64,000 bases of DNA from Octopus vulgaris (Eukaryota): NCBI GenBank assembly GCA_951406725.2, contig OX597833.1, forward strand, positions 62,682,001 through 62,746,000, read 5' to 3'. Position 1 is the first letter of the stretch, and each line of letters starts with the position of its first letter. The translations under genes and the position numbers were made by a program. The notes below the pieces were generated by a model. It was not told the DNA's origin, did not search any database, and was given only the letters and a program-made list of their open reading frames with translations. This document shows positions 1-14,020 of the stretch, piece after piece.

Positions 1-384
1 ATGCATATGCACAAGTTTGTGTGCACAGAGATGGGGGGTAAAATCAGTGCACTGAACAGAAATAGCTTGCAGTATATATCAGGTTAGAGAGAGAGAGAGA
101 GAGAGATCTGTAGAATAAGTAGCAAGCAAAATAGGAAACGTGTATAAAAAATTCACTGAAGATCCCTGCATGGCTGCAATCCACTGACTTAAAATCAATA
201 AGTAAATTAAGAGACAGACTGGCAGCAAATAAGAGAAGTTCAGCAAAGAGAAAGAATATGGTATTGGATTGAGTAAGGCATTGAAATGAAGAGAATATGG
301 TAGATGAACTAAATAAGAGACTGAATGGAAACTTGAAAGGTCTTTACACAATATTACAATGCAAGAGATATTGAAGGCATATAA

Positions 385-602
385 CCCTTTCGTTACTAAC
401 CCAGCTGAAACCGGCTCTGGGTCTGTAGTACAAATGTCTTGTTTTCATAAGCTTTGAATTAAAATCTTTCACCAAACCTTAGTCACAATTAATGTTCTGA
501 ACACTAGATTAATAACTAAATTATTTTACTAAATTCTTTGTTATATTTAAAATTATTGAGAGAAAAACAGAATATCTCAAAATAAATACAGTAATGAAAG
601 GG
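385..602. mobile_element. piggyBac-type MITE (218 bp)
   Basis: TIRs CCCTTTCGTTACT (from 385) and AGTAATGAAAGGG (to 602) match 12/13. Flanks are ATAA (381-384) and TTAA (603-606). CCC...GGG ends at a TTAA target are the piggyBac signature. Confidence 0.8.
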
Positions 603-1077
603 TTAATAAAAATGGTCACTTTTTCAAAAGATCGGCTACAGCAGCACCATGACAATGATACATACACAGTAAGACCACATTAAGATGAAAGGAATGTTTG
701 TTGCACCATTAACATTTATTCATAAGTCGGGAGTAGCATTAACCAAAACCAAACAATGATAATGACTTACACAGGTAGATCTTAACAGCTGATTTTAGTA
801 ACCAATACTCTCTCTCTCAATACACACACACAGATATAGTCTTCTCATTATAAAAGATTTAATAACTATCTGTGAAAAGGCAATTTATCTCCACTTGTGT
901 GGTTTCAAAAACCCGTTACTACAGATATGTTGTTCTTGTGGTTGTATATGTGACCACAGTATTGGATTTAGTACTGGTGGTGGTTGTTTAACTCAAGATC
1001 TACATTCATCAATCAGACCTGTGATGAAAGGGTTTCAGCCACAACCATATGATTTTGTTTTTAGAGAAATGTAGTAG

Positions 1078-1455
1078 AGGTTTGGCTGTGTAATTGCTTC
1101 TCAACCATGTAGTCTAGGGTTCAAGTCCCATTGCATGACATCTTGTGCAGTGTCTTCAATTATAGCCCAGAGCCAACCAAGGTCTTGTGAGTGGATTTGG
1201 TAGATGGAAACTGGAAGAAGCTTATTGTGTCTGTGTGTCTTAACATCACATGATAGTTGTAAATGAGCACCACCATCATACAGCGTCATCCGTTTCCAGT
1301 ATTGTGTGAAAAACATGTCTGGCAATGGATAAACATTAACTTGCTTGGAAACAGGTGAGGGTTGGTGACAGGAAGGGCATCCCGAATGTAGAAAAGCTGC
1401 TTCAACAAATTCCATCTGACCCATGCAAACATGGACATTAACTGATGATGATAAT
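1078..1455 (+). mobile_element. Chimeric SINE: family-B tRNA head/core joined to an RTE-type 3' tail
   Basis: Degenerate TGGCTGTG...GGGTTCAAGTCCC head and GTGAGTGGATTTGGTAGATGGAAACTG core as in family B. These are followed by GGAAGGGCATCC...CCATGC...(GAT)n, the tail of the RTE LINEs in this window. Confidence 0.7.
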
Positions 1456-1524
1456 GTAGCATTACATTATCTAATTATATCCTTTACAAAAAGGAATTAG
1501 GGTAAGATTTAAAGGAGATTTAAA

Positions 1525-1740
1525 GGCGGTGAGCTGGCAGAAACGTTAGCACGCCGGGCGAAATGCCTAGCGGTGAGTTCAAATTCCGCCGAGGTCAACT
1601 TTGACTTTCATCCTTTCGGGGTTGATAAATTAAGTACCAGTTACGCACTGGGGTCGATATAATCAACTTAATACCTATGTCTGTCCATGTTTGTCCCCTC
1701 TATGTTTAGCCCCCTTGTGGGTAATAAAGAAATAGGTATA
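1525..1740 (+). mobile_element. tRNA-derived SINE, family A (central domain resembling Nin/Deu)
   Basis: GGCGGTGAGCTGGCAGAA A-box-like start, GAGTTCAAATTCC B box, GAGGTCAACTTTGACTTTCATCCTTTCGGGGTTGATAAATTAAGTACC core and AATAAAGAAATA tail. TSD ATTTAAAGGAGA(T/G)TT at 1507-1521 and 1741-1755. Confidence 0.85.
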
Positions 1741-2616
1741 ATTTAAAGGAGAGTTGGCTGCTATTTCTAGCAGGGAAAGTGATCACATAGCAGCTCCCTC
1801 ATACTTTTGAATTTAGTGAGTCTCATACATTGCAAAGGTATAATAACAAAAATATTTACTTAGCAACCTAAATATTTGATATTTCCCCCATCATTTACTT
1901 GTAATGGAAATTTCAGTTCCAAAACTTATGCCAGAGAAGTGATAATTTCGTTCTCCGTAGTATGATACTAAACCTAATTTATCAAAAATAAATTCTATTT
2001 TCAAGCAGTTTGGTGTTTTAACATCAAATGTATGCCATTTGATGTTGATGCAAAAAATTAAAAAAATTGCATTTGTTACCCTCTGAAGAGGAAGGATACT
2101 AAAACTTGAAATAAACCCAGCTTTTAAATTATGAAGCAGTAATATTTTTATTACAGTTTTTAAATCTGTTATTTCACATTCTAAGTTCCATTAAGAGAGA
2201 GAGAGAGAGAAAGAGAGAGAGGAGAAAAGGAGAGAGAGAGAAGGAGAGATAACAACAAATAAGTACCAGCCATTTGACTATACAACACTGCCCACCACTC
2301 ACAAAACAAATGGTGCCTTATGCTACTATGTTTACTGACTGAAAGTATTTTACTTCATATTGCTAATAATAAGCAAAAATGATCATAACCATTGTTTCTC
2401 CCTGTCTAAAATGCTGTAAAATATTCTTTCCTGATCAAAATCTGATTAGCCAGCTTCATATCATAAAATGGAACTTGAATGCAGAAGAGTTACAAAGACT
2501 AAAAAGAAATCAAGCATGTTCCATATACAAACAAACAGATGGGGAAATGGAGCATAAAAGGAAACAAATGTAATGTAGGAGATAGAAGACCGCTAGTACA
2601 GGAACGTGATGTATAT

Positions 2617-2860
2617 CATCATCATCATTTAGCATCCGCTTTCCATGCTAGTATGGTTTGGACAGTTCAACTGGGGTCTGGGAAGCCAGAAGGCTGCACC
2701 AGGCCCAGTCTGATCTGGCAATGTTTCTACAGCTGGATGCTCTTCCTAACGCCAATCACTCCGTGAGTGTAGTGGGTGCTTTTTACGTGCCACCAGCACA
2801 GGTGCCAGACAAGGCTGGCAAACAGCCACGATCGGATGGTACTTTTTACGTGCCACTGGC
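2617..2860 (-). mobile_element. RTE LINE 3' tail fragment
   Basis: Reverse complement of the 3' end of the RTE copy near 6150-6335, with the (CAT)n tail at about 2617-2628. Confidence 0.75.
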
Positions 2861-4079
2861 ACGAAGGATGATATTTGTAGGAAAAAAAGTACAGGGTTCT
2901 TCTCAAAGGAATCTGTGGAAGGTGGAGACCCAGAAAGACACAGGATAAAAGATCAGGACGCTGTGCTTTACAGGTGGCAATGATTAAGATAATTGGCCAC
3001 ATGCAGAGCTGGAGAGGGCCAACTGCATAAAGCAATCATAGTGAAATGAACGTTAAAAGCACTTAAAACAGGTTGTAGTGATGGCAACTGGGAAGTATCT
3101 GTTTGGGTCTCTCCCTTAACAATCCCAGCTAAATCTACATCAGCTGCTTTTTGATATTCTCTCATCTCCCTGTTACTCATCTCTGTCTCATCTACTATAC
3201 TGTTGATGTGACTTAAGGATGACAACAGTTTTCCTCTATTACAGCCCCCGTAACTGATTCTACTGTCATACCATCACCTCCTCCTCAGTTTATGCCTTAA
3301 ATGAATGAACACACCAGAGTAGTGAGGACTCATCAGGCTAACAAAGTACAAGGCAACCTCACAAGTGCTGGTGCAATGATTAAATGCAACAAGGATACTA
3401 CAAAGGTTGGCAAAGAAACGGAGATGATTAAATACTAAGATTCTGTAGTTTTACCAAGGACATGACAAATTCTCTAGTGCTGGTACCATACTAAAGTGCA
3501 ATATAAAACAGCTGGTAATAAGAAGGGCACCTGCTGTACAAGCCATGCCAAAAATTAAATGGCTGAGGGATTGTCCCCTGACCCACATGGAAGAGCAGTA
3601 ACTCCAAATAAGGACTCAGACTATGAGGACTGCCCAACTCATGCTAGCATACCTACAAGTTTTAAATCTGTAAATTTATCAACAGTAACCTCTTGAATGT
3701 GGTGACATGAGCTTTCAATAGCCATTAATTATTCTTTAATCACACAATAAAACACTAAGGAGAGAAACCTTTCAAAAAACAAGCATATTTAACAAACAAA
3801 TGCTTTTAAATAAATAAAAGCTGAATTTTTTAAAATGGCAAAAACAAGTTTCCAACATTGGCTCAAGGCCAGAATTTTCAAGGCAGGAGGGAGAAGGTTG
3901 CTAATACAAATTATTTCTAATAGTTTTGTTTTATCAATACGAAAAGTCAAGATGTGACTAAATACTGTCTGGTGACTGACTATTTACCAGTCACAAGCTT
4001 AGACAACAATCAGACTAATAAAATTCTGTCATGTAGCTTATGACATGCTCTCTGGTAAAGCCAACAACGAGAGCCATAA

Positions 4080-4250
4080 TCTACCAGAAATAGCAGTCAA
4101 ATCTCCAAATCACACCCTGTCACTTTGGTAAAAGAAAGGATGCCCTAGACAATGTAATCTATAGGTAACCCAGAAAAGGCAGGGAGTTTTGTCTGATCAT
4201 CTGATCACAGGTCTTAAGGTCAGCATTGACCTGGGGCTAAACAACAACAA
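4080..4250 (-). repeat. Unclassified interspersed repeat, family D (many diverged copies)
   Basis: Shares TTGTTGTTTAACCCCAGGTC...GACCTATGATCAAAGG...CCAGCCATGACCATC...GATTTGGCTGCTATTTCTAG modules with copies near 980, 1750, 9270-9450, 18500-18870, 20600-20750, 32290-33110, 39260-39470, 41210-41570 and 63310-63990. Confidence 0.65.
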
Positions 4251-5081
4251 AGATCAGAAAATACTGTTAGTGAGATTAGTTTTTCCCAGAAGAAATTAAA
4301 AAAACAATGTATGGGACGAGATATTGTAATGACTGTTGTAATTAATGAAGGACATCAGTGAAAGAGAGGTTAAGATCTTATATTGTTCACATTCAGACGA
4401 TCAAGTGCCTATTGATGTCACAGTCACCTAATCAAATGCCTATTACTGTTACACACAGCTAAGCCCCTATTACAGTCACAGGCAGCTAAGCCTATATAAT
4501 AGTCACAGCTTATCAAGTTCCTATTACAGACACAATCAGCAACATCAAGGATCTATGGATGTCTCTGCTATATAATGTAGGATTAACAGTGGGTTTTTGG
4601 CATGTGTAATGTGGAAAGAACCTTTGAACTCAGATCCGTAATAAAAAGAATGCATAATAATGTTTTCTTACAAGAGTAGGAAAGTCAGCCTAAAACTATG
4701 CATTCCTTAGAAATATACCTTAGATGATTTCGATATATAAAGAGAAATATTTTTATGAAATATTATTATGGGTGAAATATTATTATGGGTGGGGGGCCCC
4801 AACCAAAACCAGAAACTTCAAGTATGCATTTAAAGGCCAACACAAAAGAGTGATAATGTCTGTATATCTGATTAAAGTGTCAGCAGTTTTCAAATAGCCC
4901 TTTTTTTTCATCGTAAAAGTAATTTTTTTTTTTTAATGAATAATCACTATACCCCACCATTTATATATATATATACACACACACACACACTGAGAAAACA
5001 ATAGGACCTTTATGTTGCCACAAACTGCTACAAAGATCAGCCCTAGATAAGAGAGCAAACCTCGATTTTATGAACCAGATT

Positions 5082-5290
5082 TTAAACTCTTTTGCATTCA
5101 GATTACAGTCAAATGTAAATGCTTATTTATTATTATTCATACACAATGTTTTGAATTAACCATGTATTTATCTCATAGCTTTGAAATTTCGATGATGCAA
5201 TTATTTTCAGAATAACCATTGTAGGCTGTGTGAGAAGCTGAATCTGACCAGTTTGAACGTAAAACAAGGTAGGAAATTTGATCCAGATAA
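5082..5290. mobile_element. piggyBac-like MITE (second family), left part, interrupted by the RTE LINE
   Basis: Starts TTAAACTCTTTTGCATTCAGA. The matching end TTTAAATGCTAATGGGCTAA resumes at about 6340-6358, after the LINE. Related copies lie at about 6420-6600, 17640-17805 and 22720-22873. Confidence 0.6.
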
Positions 5291-5291
5291 A

Positions 5292-6336
5292 GCTTTTGTG
5301 TGTGGTAGATGCACAGGTACAATAAACACCAAAACTGCACAGAAAATAGACTCCATCAACTGCCAAGAGGAGAGTAGATAGCTTCTGTTACCTAGGTGAT
5401 CAAGTTAGTAGCAAAGGTGGATGCTCTGAGAGCATAGCTGTTGGAATAAGATTCGGCTGGGCAAAGTTTATAGAATTCCTACCTCTGCTGGCAACAAAAG
5501 GCCTTTCTCTCAGAGTGAAAGGCAGATCGTATGATGCCTGTATGCAAACAGCTATGGTTACATGGCAGTGAAACATGGGCTGTGACAATCATGGACATGC
5601 GCAGGCTTGGAAGAAATGAAGCCAGTAGGTTTCACTGGATGTGCAATGTCAGTGTGCATGTATGACTGAGTGTAATCATCTTGAGACAAAAGTTAGGCAT
5701 AGGAGGCATCAGATGTGGTGTGCAAGAGAGATGACTGTGCTGGTATGGTCATGTGATACGCATGGATGAGGACGCTGTGTAAAGAAGTGCCAATCTTTAA
5801 CAGTGGAGGGAACCTGTGGTAGAGGTAGACCCAGGAAGATGTGGGATCAGGTGGTGAAGCATGATCCTCAAACTTCAGGACTTACAGAAGCAATGACTAG
5901 TGACAGACGTTTGGCGATATGCTGTGCTTGAGAAGACCCATGAAGTCAAGTGAAATCACAGTTGTGGGGCTGATGCTGGTGTCCTACATGCAGGTTAAAC
6001 GTAAAAAGCATTGAACCTCACAGAACAAAGTGGTTGAACTCCTTTCAAGTGTTGGGCCTCACAGAGGCAGTGACCAAGACCTTTGGCATTATGTTGCGTT
6101 TGAGAAGAAGACCCATCAAGCCAAGTAAAATTGCAGTTGTGGCAGATACCAGTGTCATGCCAGTGGCACATAAAAGCACCCATTACACTCTTGCAGTGGT
6201 TGGCATATTAAGAAGGGCATCCAGCCATAGAAACCATGCCAAAACAGACTGGAATCTGGTGCAACCTTCCAGCTTGCCAGCCCTGGTCAAACCATGCAAC
6301 CCATGCCAGCATGGACAATGGACATTAAATGACGAT
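5292..6336 (+). mobile_element. 5'-truncated RTE-clade LINE (decayed RT C-terminus and 3' UTR)
   Basis: Translates as FVCGRCTG...VDSFCYLGDQVSSKGGCSESIAVGIRFGWAKF...LSLRVKGRSYDACM/LHGSETWAVT...WYGHV...GRGRPRK, with frameshifts and stops. Ends in the GAAGGGCATCCAGCC...CCATGCCAGCATGG tail. Confidence 0.9.
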
Positions 6337-7249
6337 AAATTTAAATGCTAATGGGCTAAAATAGATTTTTAAAAAATAGAGGGTAGTCATGGCTGGACTG
6401 CCTTTAATCAAAAGCATGCTAGACTCTTCAGCATTTCGTGACCAGATTTAGCCTCTCACATCTACCCTACAACGTCACTCTGAAAAATTAACAATCACAT
6501 CATCAAAATCTCAAAGATACAAGATAATGCTTGATTAATTCTAAACAATGTGATTAGATATGCATTACATTTGACAGAGTGATCTGAATGTAAAAGGGTC
6601 AGTAAAAGGGTCAGTCAAAGGAGGATAGGAACCAAGCAGAAAGTAAATTATTGCAAATAATGGAAAAAAGCTTCCAATAGGGACAAGAAAATTAGTATTC
6701 ACAAATTATTTGATATAATTCAGATAAAAGATTATTGCTGATGGAATAAGTTGAGAAGGTTTAATTAAAGGGTATTCTGTAATAATGAGTGAAACTTCAT
6801 GCAGTGCAATCCAACATCCAACTGATCAAAGCATTTCAACCATGACAATCTCATCTTAATTTCAGAATGTTATTCAAAAGTGTTCTGTTGTTGTTTGTTT
6901 CCATGCAAACATCTGGTCATGGGAAAGATTTCCTTGCTTGGAAACAGGCAAAGATTGGCAACAGGAAGGGTATCCAGCCGTGTAGAAAATCTGCCTCAAT
7001 GAATTTTGATCCATGCACGCAAGGAAAAGTGGATGTTAATTGATGATGACACTTTGAAAGCAACAGCTCCCTAATGACTGAGACCAATTAAAGATGCCAA
7101 GAACTCCATTATAATTGGAGCATTTAGAAAATAACAAAGAAGAACCAGGAAATAGCTTATTTATGTTTAAAATAAATTCAAAATTATTAGCAATTTATTC
7201 AATTTTAGGGTTCAGTCTCCGATCTGCTGGTATCTGCTTCACATCTCTT

Positions 7250-7292
<43 letters not shown>

Positions 7293-8690
7293 GTTCTCCC
7301 CACAAAGAATTACACCCACACCTGTATGGAATGACAAGCAAATTCTAGCAGATCCAAGATAAAACTGACCTTAAAGAGGTTACAGATGACCAAAGAGAAC
7401 AGGATATATTAGACAATGGGGGTGAGATTAAAGTTTGTAATAAACCTATGTAATTTCTTTCAATCAGCAGACTTGGGGCAGAATAACAAAATCATCCATC
7501 TATTTATATAAAATAGATATACACATACAGTAAATTCTCTCACTTTCTCCTCCATTCTTATTCTCTCTCTCTCTTCTACACACACACACACACACACATG
7601 CTGCTAAAAGGACCAGATGGTCATGCTGTAACACTTGATCATAGATCCGTTTAATCAGGGCTGACCTTGGGTTAAACAATAACTGTAAATTTAATACATT
7701 TTTCACTAAAAAAACTGAAACCAAGTTTAGACTCAAACCTGACAAGTTACACTATTCTACCATATCCATAACAATATCTAGTGGGTGTGTGTGAAGGTAT
7801 ACACAAACATTCTTATATCTCTAGTATATCAGCAGATATGTTGGATTTTAAATTAGTTTCTAAATCTAAATCATAAAATAAGCCAAAATACAGCAACAAT
7901 CTTAATTAAACATGGTCAAATTTGTTAGCTACCAATTTTTAATTACACATTTGCAATTTAATTGGTTAGCTATAACATAGAAAAATTCTTTGATTTTTCA
8001 CACTATAAAATAATTCTTTTCCTGCCTACATTCAACATTTTGTATTGTTTTAAATCAAATGTAAATATTATCAAAACAAGTACCATTTCATTAAGTAACC
8101 CAATAAAACTGCTATATTTAGGGATCATATAACTCTGAAGTGAAAGAGTGGGGGGGGGGGGAAATCCCCATTCCTTTTTTAAGTCCTGTTCCTTATCACA
8201 TATAAGGCTAACTGAAATTAATACTGCAAGGCAGTTCCATCTCTTTAACATGAAACCCAACCTAAAATATAAGGAGACATTTTAGTTATAAATCTAGCTT
8301 TATAAAAAAAAAGACTTTAAATTACACTATTCCTAAAACTGCTAAAATTCATTTTTGCTGAAACGCTAATTAATTTATTATAAATCCCTGTCAAAATATA
8401 TCAAAATGTTCTCCCCTGACATTGCTTTTCTGTGAATAAAAAAAAATGGCTTTGTGTCTTACAGACTTCTCCAGTTTTGTTTTCAACTTATGTGAACCAA
8501 ATCAGACTGTGAGGCTGTATGGCTACATCGACCTTAGAAGGAAGTAAAGTGAAGTGAACCTGGGAAGGATTTGAACTTAGAACATAAAAGGGGTGTAAAT
8601 AAATACCAAAATGTATTTAGTTGTGCATTACTGATTGTGCTTCATCATGAGTAAAGCATGTAAATATTTCAGTGACAAGTTGCAAACCAT

Positions 8691-8725
<35 letters not shown>

Positions 8726-9834
8726 ACGAGAGGGCTGATACAAAAACTTAACTAGATTGAGATGTTCAATGTTAGATTAGCAGCAGCCCCATCACAACAG
8801 TATAGTTAGGAAGAAATAAATAACTTAAGATATATCAGCGAAAATCCTATCAAATCCAACTCAGTGTCTGTTTTGTCTTTCAAACAATAACAACAAGCAA
8901 TAGGTTGCAAAATATTGAAGAAAGCTTATGAAATACAGGGAAATATTAAACACAGCACTGTAGGAAGAGGGAAAAAAACCCTCAAACTCAATATTAGTAG
9001 GGAGCTTGGAATTTACACTGTTTCCTCTTTTATATCCAATACCAAACTTCACCAGGAGGTGAGAAGCTATGTTACACTGTATCTAGCAGTATACACCCTG
9101 TTTCTGTCAAAGTACTAACATGCAACATGACAAGCAGTTGTCAATGGCATTGCCTTCATCGTCAAATTAACATGTGCTATCCACAATTAAATAAACAATC
9201 ACATCACATAACTCAAACCAGTTTCTTTAAATCTGCTCTGCAAAATCTCTCCCTTCAAAGAAGAGATTGTTCAACCAGGGCACTTCTGATTGAGCAGGCC
9301 TATGATCAAAGGCATTCCAGCTGGGATTGACCTTGTACCTCTATAATATAGCTTTATTGCTTAATGAATCCTTCCACTTAAGACAATAGCATGTGACTTG
9401 AGGGAATCTGGCTGCTATTTCTAGCAAGTCAGGCGATGATAGAAGCTTCCTCAGTATTCAAAGGAAATATTTAAGTGTCTTGTGTAAAACAAATAGACAA
9501 GACATAAGTATTTTTGTATCATCATTGATGTGTATTACTAATATTCCTTGAATTATAAAATAATTTGTAGCATTATCATTTAAGTTTGCTTTCTATACTG
9601 GCACCAGATGGCTAAATAGGATCCAATAGGTTAGAACACCCACCCACTCACCCGTCTTGTTCTGATTTCTTAGTTTCTTTGGCTGGATGTATTCCCTAAT
9701 GTCAAACACTTTGACAAGAAAAGTGTACAGGGTACATCCATTTAGTGGTATCAGCACTTGTGAGAGCAAATGTAAAAATGTCTATTTTACTAAAATCAGT
9801 TCCAAAGAATTACATGAAAATATCTGAAGACCAT

Positions 9835-10032
9835 TCATCATCATCATCGTTTAGCATCCATTTTCCATGCTAGCATGGGTTGGACGGTTCTACTGGGGTC
9901 TGTGAAGCCAGAAGGCTTCATCAGGCCCAGTCAAATCTGGCAGTGTTTCTACGGCTGGATGCCCTTCCTAACGCCAACCACTCCGAGAGTGTAGTGGGTG
10001 CTTTTTACGTGCCACCCGCACAGGTGCCAGAC
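9835..10032 (-). mobile_element. RTE LINE 3' tail fragment
   Basis: Close match to 2617-2810, with the (CAT)n tail at about 9836-9848. Confidence 0.75.
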
Positions 10033-11587
10033 AGAGCTGGCATTACAAAAGAAATTTATTTACAGGAATTATAAGAACAGAATTATAAGAAATAGTTAAT
10101 ATTTAGGAACAGGGCTAAAATGAAATTCCTTTGATTCTATGAAATCAAATGCATTTGCTTTGTAGAGACTTGCAAAGACAGTCTTAAGAAGCAAGACAAA
10201 GCCAAACTTTCAAATATGAAATACCGTTTTGTGGTTTTAGGCAGAACTAAAATTATGGCAGAAACGACAACCACATTTTAAAGAGAATTAGCATAAAACT
10301 TATAGAAACATCACTTTACTGCATCTCAACTGACACACAACAGGAAGTCCTTCAATAATCAACTTCGACTGTCTTCTCTATGATGTAGGTCATATTAGAA
10401 GTAATCCCATCTCCTCCATTAATTTCTGTCCTGAAATACTGTGAACCAGTAGCAGGTATTAATGGCCTGTGTTTTTCCTGTTGTTTACCTACAATTCTTA
10501 TTAACCTAGTTAAAGTCTAGCCTGAATTCCTCTAAAACTAGAGCACTGTCAGTAAAATATTTAGCCGTCTCCAAGTGAGTTCCCACCATAACTTTTCCAT
10601 GATAGGAAGGGAATTTCTTATGTTCGTGATCTGTGTCAAGTGCCACCACCTGACAATGATATACAGCTAAGTTTGAGTGTCTCTAAGTGAACAATAACAG
10701 TTACAGATGGTTATGAAATTCCAGTCAAGGTTCGGGGAGAGGAAGAAATCTCAATATTTCACCCATGACATTCAATTCCATAGTCTCAACAAGTGATCAA
10801 TTCTGATCAATTATATTTGTTGCATTGCTTGTAGATTAGAGAAAAGTCTTATTGATTATTGTTCACACAGTCACACACCAAACACTGTGTCTTTGGATTC
10901 CTAGTAACAAATAGTATATTGGACTGCTAGTCACAAATGCCATCTGCTTGATATAAATGGTCCAACCCATATGGTTAAGATGTAGAATGCTTAAAACTAT
11001 ATTCCAGCATAGCCTTAAATTGAATACCAACTTGAACAATTAAAAACTTATCCTTTTACTGTATGCAACCAAATTATTTTATTTTCAAAATTTAGAGAGG
11101 AAAAGAAACTCTGCAGATATATGGTAAAAATGGAATGATGTAAGAGAATAACTACAAAATTTACATCTGGAATTGTACACACACAACATAAATATTATCA
11201 CAACTCCAAACCTGCATCCTGCTTCAATGCAGGGTCCCATTCTAGAATACATAAACACAGATACACACACACAAGGATACAGGCTCTGAAGCCTGTAAAT
11301 TTTTACCAACTCTGACTAAATGGAAATTGCAATGTGTGTTAAGATTTCAGATATAATTCAACAGTTTTTTGCACCAAAAATAATCAAAGCAGTGCATCAG
11401 CATGGCTGCAGTCTAATGACTGAAAAATGCATAAGCAAAATCAAATTTAAAGGTTTTTCTATGAGGGTAGATCTAGTAGAAGCAAATCTATTTAAAAAAA
11501 CAAGACATTAGTAAAGTTTGAATTTTTTATTTAACCCTTACCCTGTTTATATGCAACTTTCCTTTAATCAATTCTGTAAGGATAACC

Positions 11588-11972
11588 TACTCTTTTACTT
11601 GTTTCAGTCATTTGACTGTGGCCATGCTGGAGCACTGCCTTTAGTCGAGCAAATCGACCCCAGGACTTATTCTTTGTAAGCCCAGTACTTATTCTATCGG
11701 TCTCTTTTGCCAAACCGCTAAGTTACGGGGACGTAAACACACCAGCATAGGTTGTCAAGCAATGTTGGGGGGGGGGAGCCCAAACAGACACACAAACATT
11801 ATATATATATATGGTGGGCTTCTTTCAGTTTCCGTCTACCAAATCCACTCATAAGGCTTTGGTCAGCCCGAGGCTATAGAAGACACTTGCCCAAGGTGCC
11901 ACGCAGTGGGACTGAACCCGGAACAATGTGGTTCGTAAGCAAACTACTTACCACACAGCCACTCCTACGCCT
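11588..11972 (-). mobile_element. tRNA-derived SINE, family B, full length
   Basis: On the minus strand: GGAGTGGCTGTGTGG A box, GGTTCAGTCCC B box, CCTTGGGCAAGTG core, internal (TA)n and AACAAGTAAAAGAG tail. Confidence 0.9.
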
Positions 11973-12189
11973 ATAATATTTTATCAAATACTTTTGGCCA
12001 CATTAAACAATCTTTCAAGTTACATTCACTTAAAGTTTTATATTCAAAATGTGCTTTAAATATGGGGGATATGTATTTTGAGTTTTTCTTTCAAAATTAT
12101 CTGTTATAGAGTATTCAATCCTTTCATCTTAAATTTGATACAATTTAGATTTTTGCAAATGGTAAACAAAAGACATTCATTTTCTTTTA

Positions 12190-12480
12190 TTCGTTCGTGG
12201 TGTTGCACTCATGATTGCAAGGTCATGGTTTCAAATCCTAGACTGGGTGGTGCTTTGTGTTCTTAAGCAAAACGCTTCATTCTGCATCGCTCTGCAATCA
12301 CTGACACCTGACATGTGGCACGCCATGCAACATCGATTTAATGGAGTGAATGGGTTAATGTACAACACTTGCATTCGATCACTATAAACAAACCATTTGT
12401 GCAGGTCATTCAGCTAATGCTGAACACTCGTATGATGTCTTCGATGGAAGAGTCCATCAGCTGTAAAATACGGGCTCATG
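12190..12480 (+). mobile_element. Old tRNA-derived SINE (third family)
   Basis: B-box-like GGTTTCAAATCC followed by a GTGTTCTTAAGCAAAACGCTT core-like motif. Diverged. Confidence 0.45.
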
Positions 12481-12549
12481 TTTCTATTCATAGGAAAATG
12501 GATGCAAACAAAATCACACACACACACACACACACATATTGTACCTATA

Positions 12550-12815
12550 AATGAGATTGCACCTAGAAAGTTCCCTTACAAAGCACAAATCCCAGGCAAG
12601 GTTGTTTATGGAAGATCAGCAACTCTCTATGCATACCAGCCTCCCCTCTCCACGCCACCGATATTATCCAAGGGAATGGCAAAGGTTGATACAGCTTGGC
12701 ATCAGTGACATCAAGTGCCTTGCTCAAAAGACACAACATATAGCCCAGTCTAGGAATTGAACTCATTACCTCATGATTGTGAGCCCAATGCTCTAACTAC
12801 TGAACCATGTGCCTT
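12550..12815 (-). mobile_element. Old tRNA-derived SINE (third family), opposite orientation
   Basis: The minus strand reads GGCACATGGTTCAGTAGTTAGAGCATTGGGCTCACAATCATGAGG...GAGTTCAATTCC (tRNA-like head), then GTGTCTTTTGAGCAAGGCACTT. Confidence 0.55.
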
Positions 12816-13366
12816 CACTATAGATGTGCCATGCCCATGCCAACACAGAAAGCACACAAGAATAACATATGCAAAAGCAAATACAAACAAACACACAATC
12901 AGTTCTCCCAACTCTACGATGTGTCTGTTTATTCTGCAATTACTTTAGAATGAATTCTGTAAAGTGGTTGAGGACTGGGTGGTGACATTGTAAGTCAAGA
13001 GTATCTTAAACCAGGCCTAATATGGAATTAACTCTAAATGAGAACAGATGCAGATCACGACAGCCCACTCACTCCATACTAACAAGGTAAGTGGATGTAA
13101 GACGATGACCTTATCCACACAAACTATATATATCTATAAATGTATAGACATGTGCTTACATAAAAGCATAAGCATACACATGTATGTATATTATTAATTT
13201 TATTGAAATATTTGAGTTCAGGAAAAAGCCTATTAACATTCAGTATTAAGGAGAACATGAGTCTATACAGCTTCAATTTATTTTGAACATGTAATATAGA
13301 AGACTGGTAGAGAAACTAAGGAGTTGGGCATTGGACACAAAGAGTTATATTAGAAACATGAGAAAT

Positions 13367-13761
13367 GCACAGGAGTGGCTGTGTGGTAAGTAGCTTGCTA
13401 ACCAACCACATGGTTCCGGGTTCAGTCCCACTGAGTGGCATCTTGGGCAAGTGTCTTCTGCTATAGCCCCGGGCCGACCAATGCCTTGTGAGTGGATTTG
13501 GTAGACGGAAACTGAAAGAAGCCTGTCGTATATATATATATGTATGTGTGTGTTTGTGTGTCTGTGTTTGTCTCCCTAGCATTGCTTGACAACCGATGCT
13601 GGTGTGTTTACGTCCCCGTCACTTAGCGGTTCGGCAAAAGAGACCGATAGAATAAGTACTGGGCTTACAAAGAATAAGTCCTGGGTTCGATTTACTCGAC
13701 TAAAGGCGGCGCTCCAGCATGGCCACAGTCAAATGACTGAAACAAGTAAAAGAGTAAAAGA
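13367..13761 (+). mobile_element. tRNA-derived SINE, family B, full length
   Basis: Same head, core, (TA)n(TG)n tract and tail as the other family-B copies, with very little divergence. Confidence 0.9.
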
Positions 13762-13819
13762 ATGCCAGAGTGGCAGTGACACAAGCCCAGCCAGTTGCAA
13801 GGAACCAAAGCCATTATAT

Positions 13820-14020
13820 TAGCTTAGCACATCAGGTAAAATGCTTGGTGGTATTTAGTCTGCTGCTACGTTCTGAGTGCAAATTTTGCTGAGGTCGACC
13901 CCGCATTTCATCTTTTTTTGGGTCAATAAATTAAGTACCAGTGAAGCACTAGGGTCAACGTAATCAACCAGTCCCCTCCCACCAAATTTCAGGCCTTGTG
14001 CATTTAGTAGAAAGGATTAT
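13820..14020 (+). mobile_element. SINE family A, older copy
   Basis: GAGGTCGAC...TTTCATC...GGTCAATAAATTAAGTACCAG core. Similar old copies lie at about 8490-8640, 15890-16075, 20215-20515, 25100-25245, 34794-35050 and 38560-39080. Confidence 0.65.

Noticed and set aside
2075-2125. CTGAAGAG...CTTGAAA as a possible hammerhead
   Set aside because: There is no convincing stem I/III or NUH triplet.
2968-3225. 85-aa minus-strand ORF with protein-like composition
   Set aside because: It has a non-ATG start, no recognisable motif and no clear splice sites.
10330-10655. Short open frames after minus-strand AG acceptors (VVALDTDHEHKKF..., TEINGGDG...)
   Set aside because: They show no recognisable homology and end in stops, so they cannot be distinguished from chance.
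13367-13435. tRNA-like A/B boxes as a possible tRNA gene
   Set aside because: They run straight into the SINE core and tail with no proper acceptor stem or terminator. The same applies to all copies.
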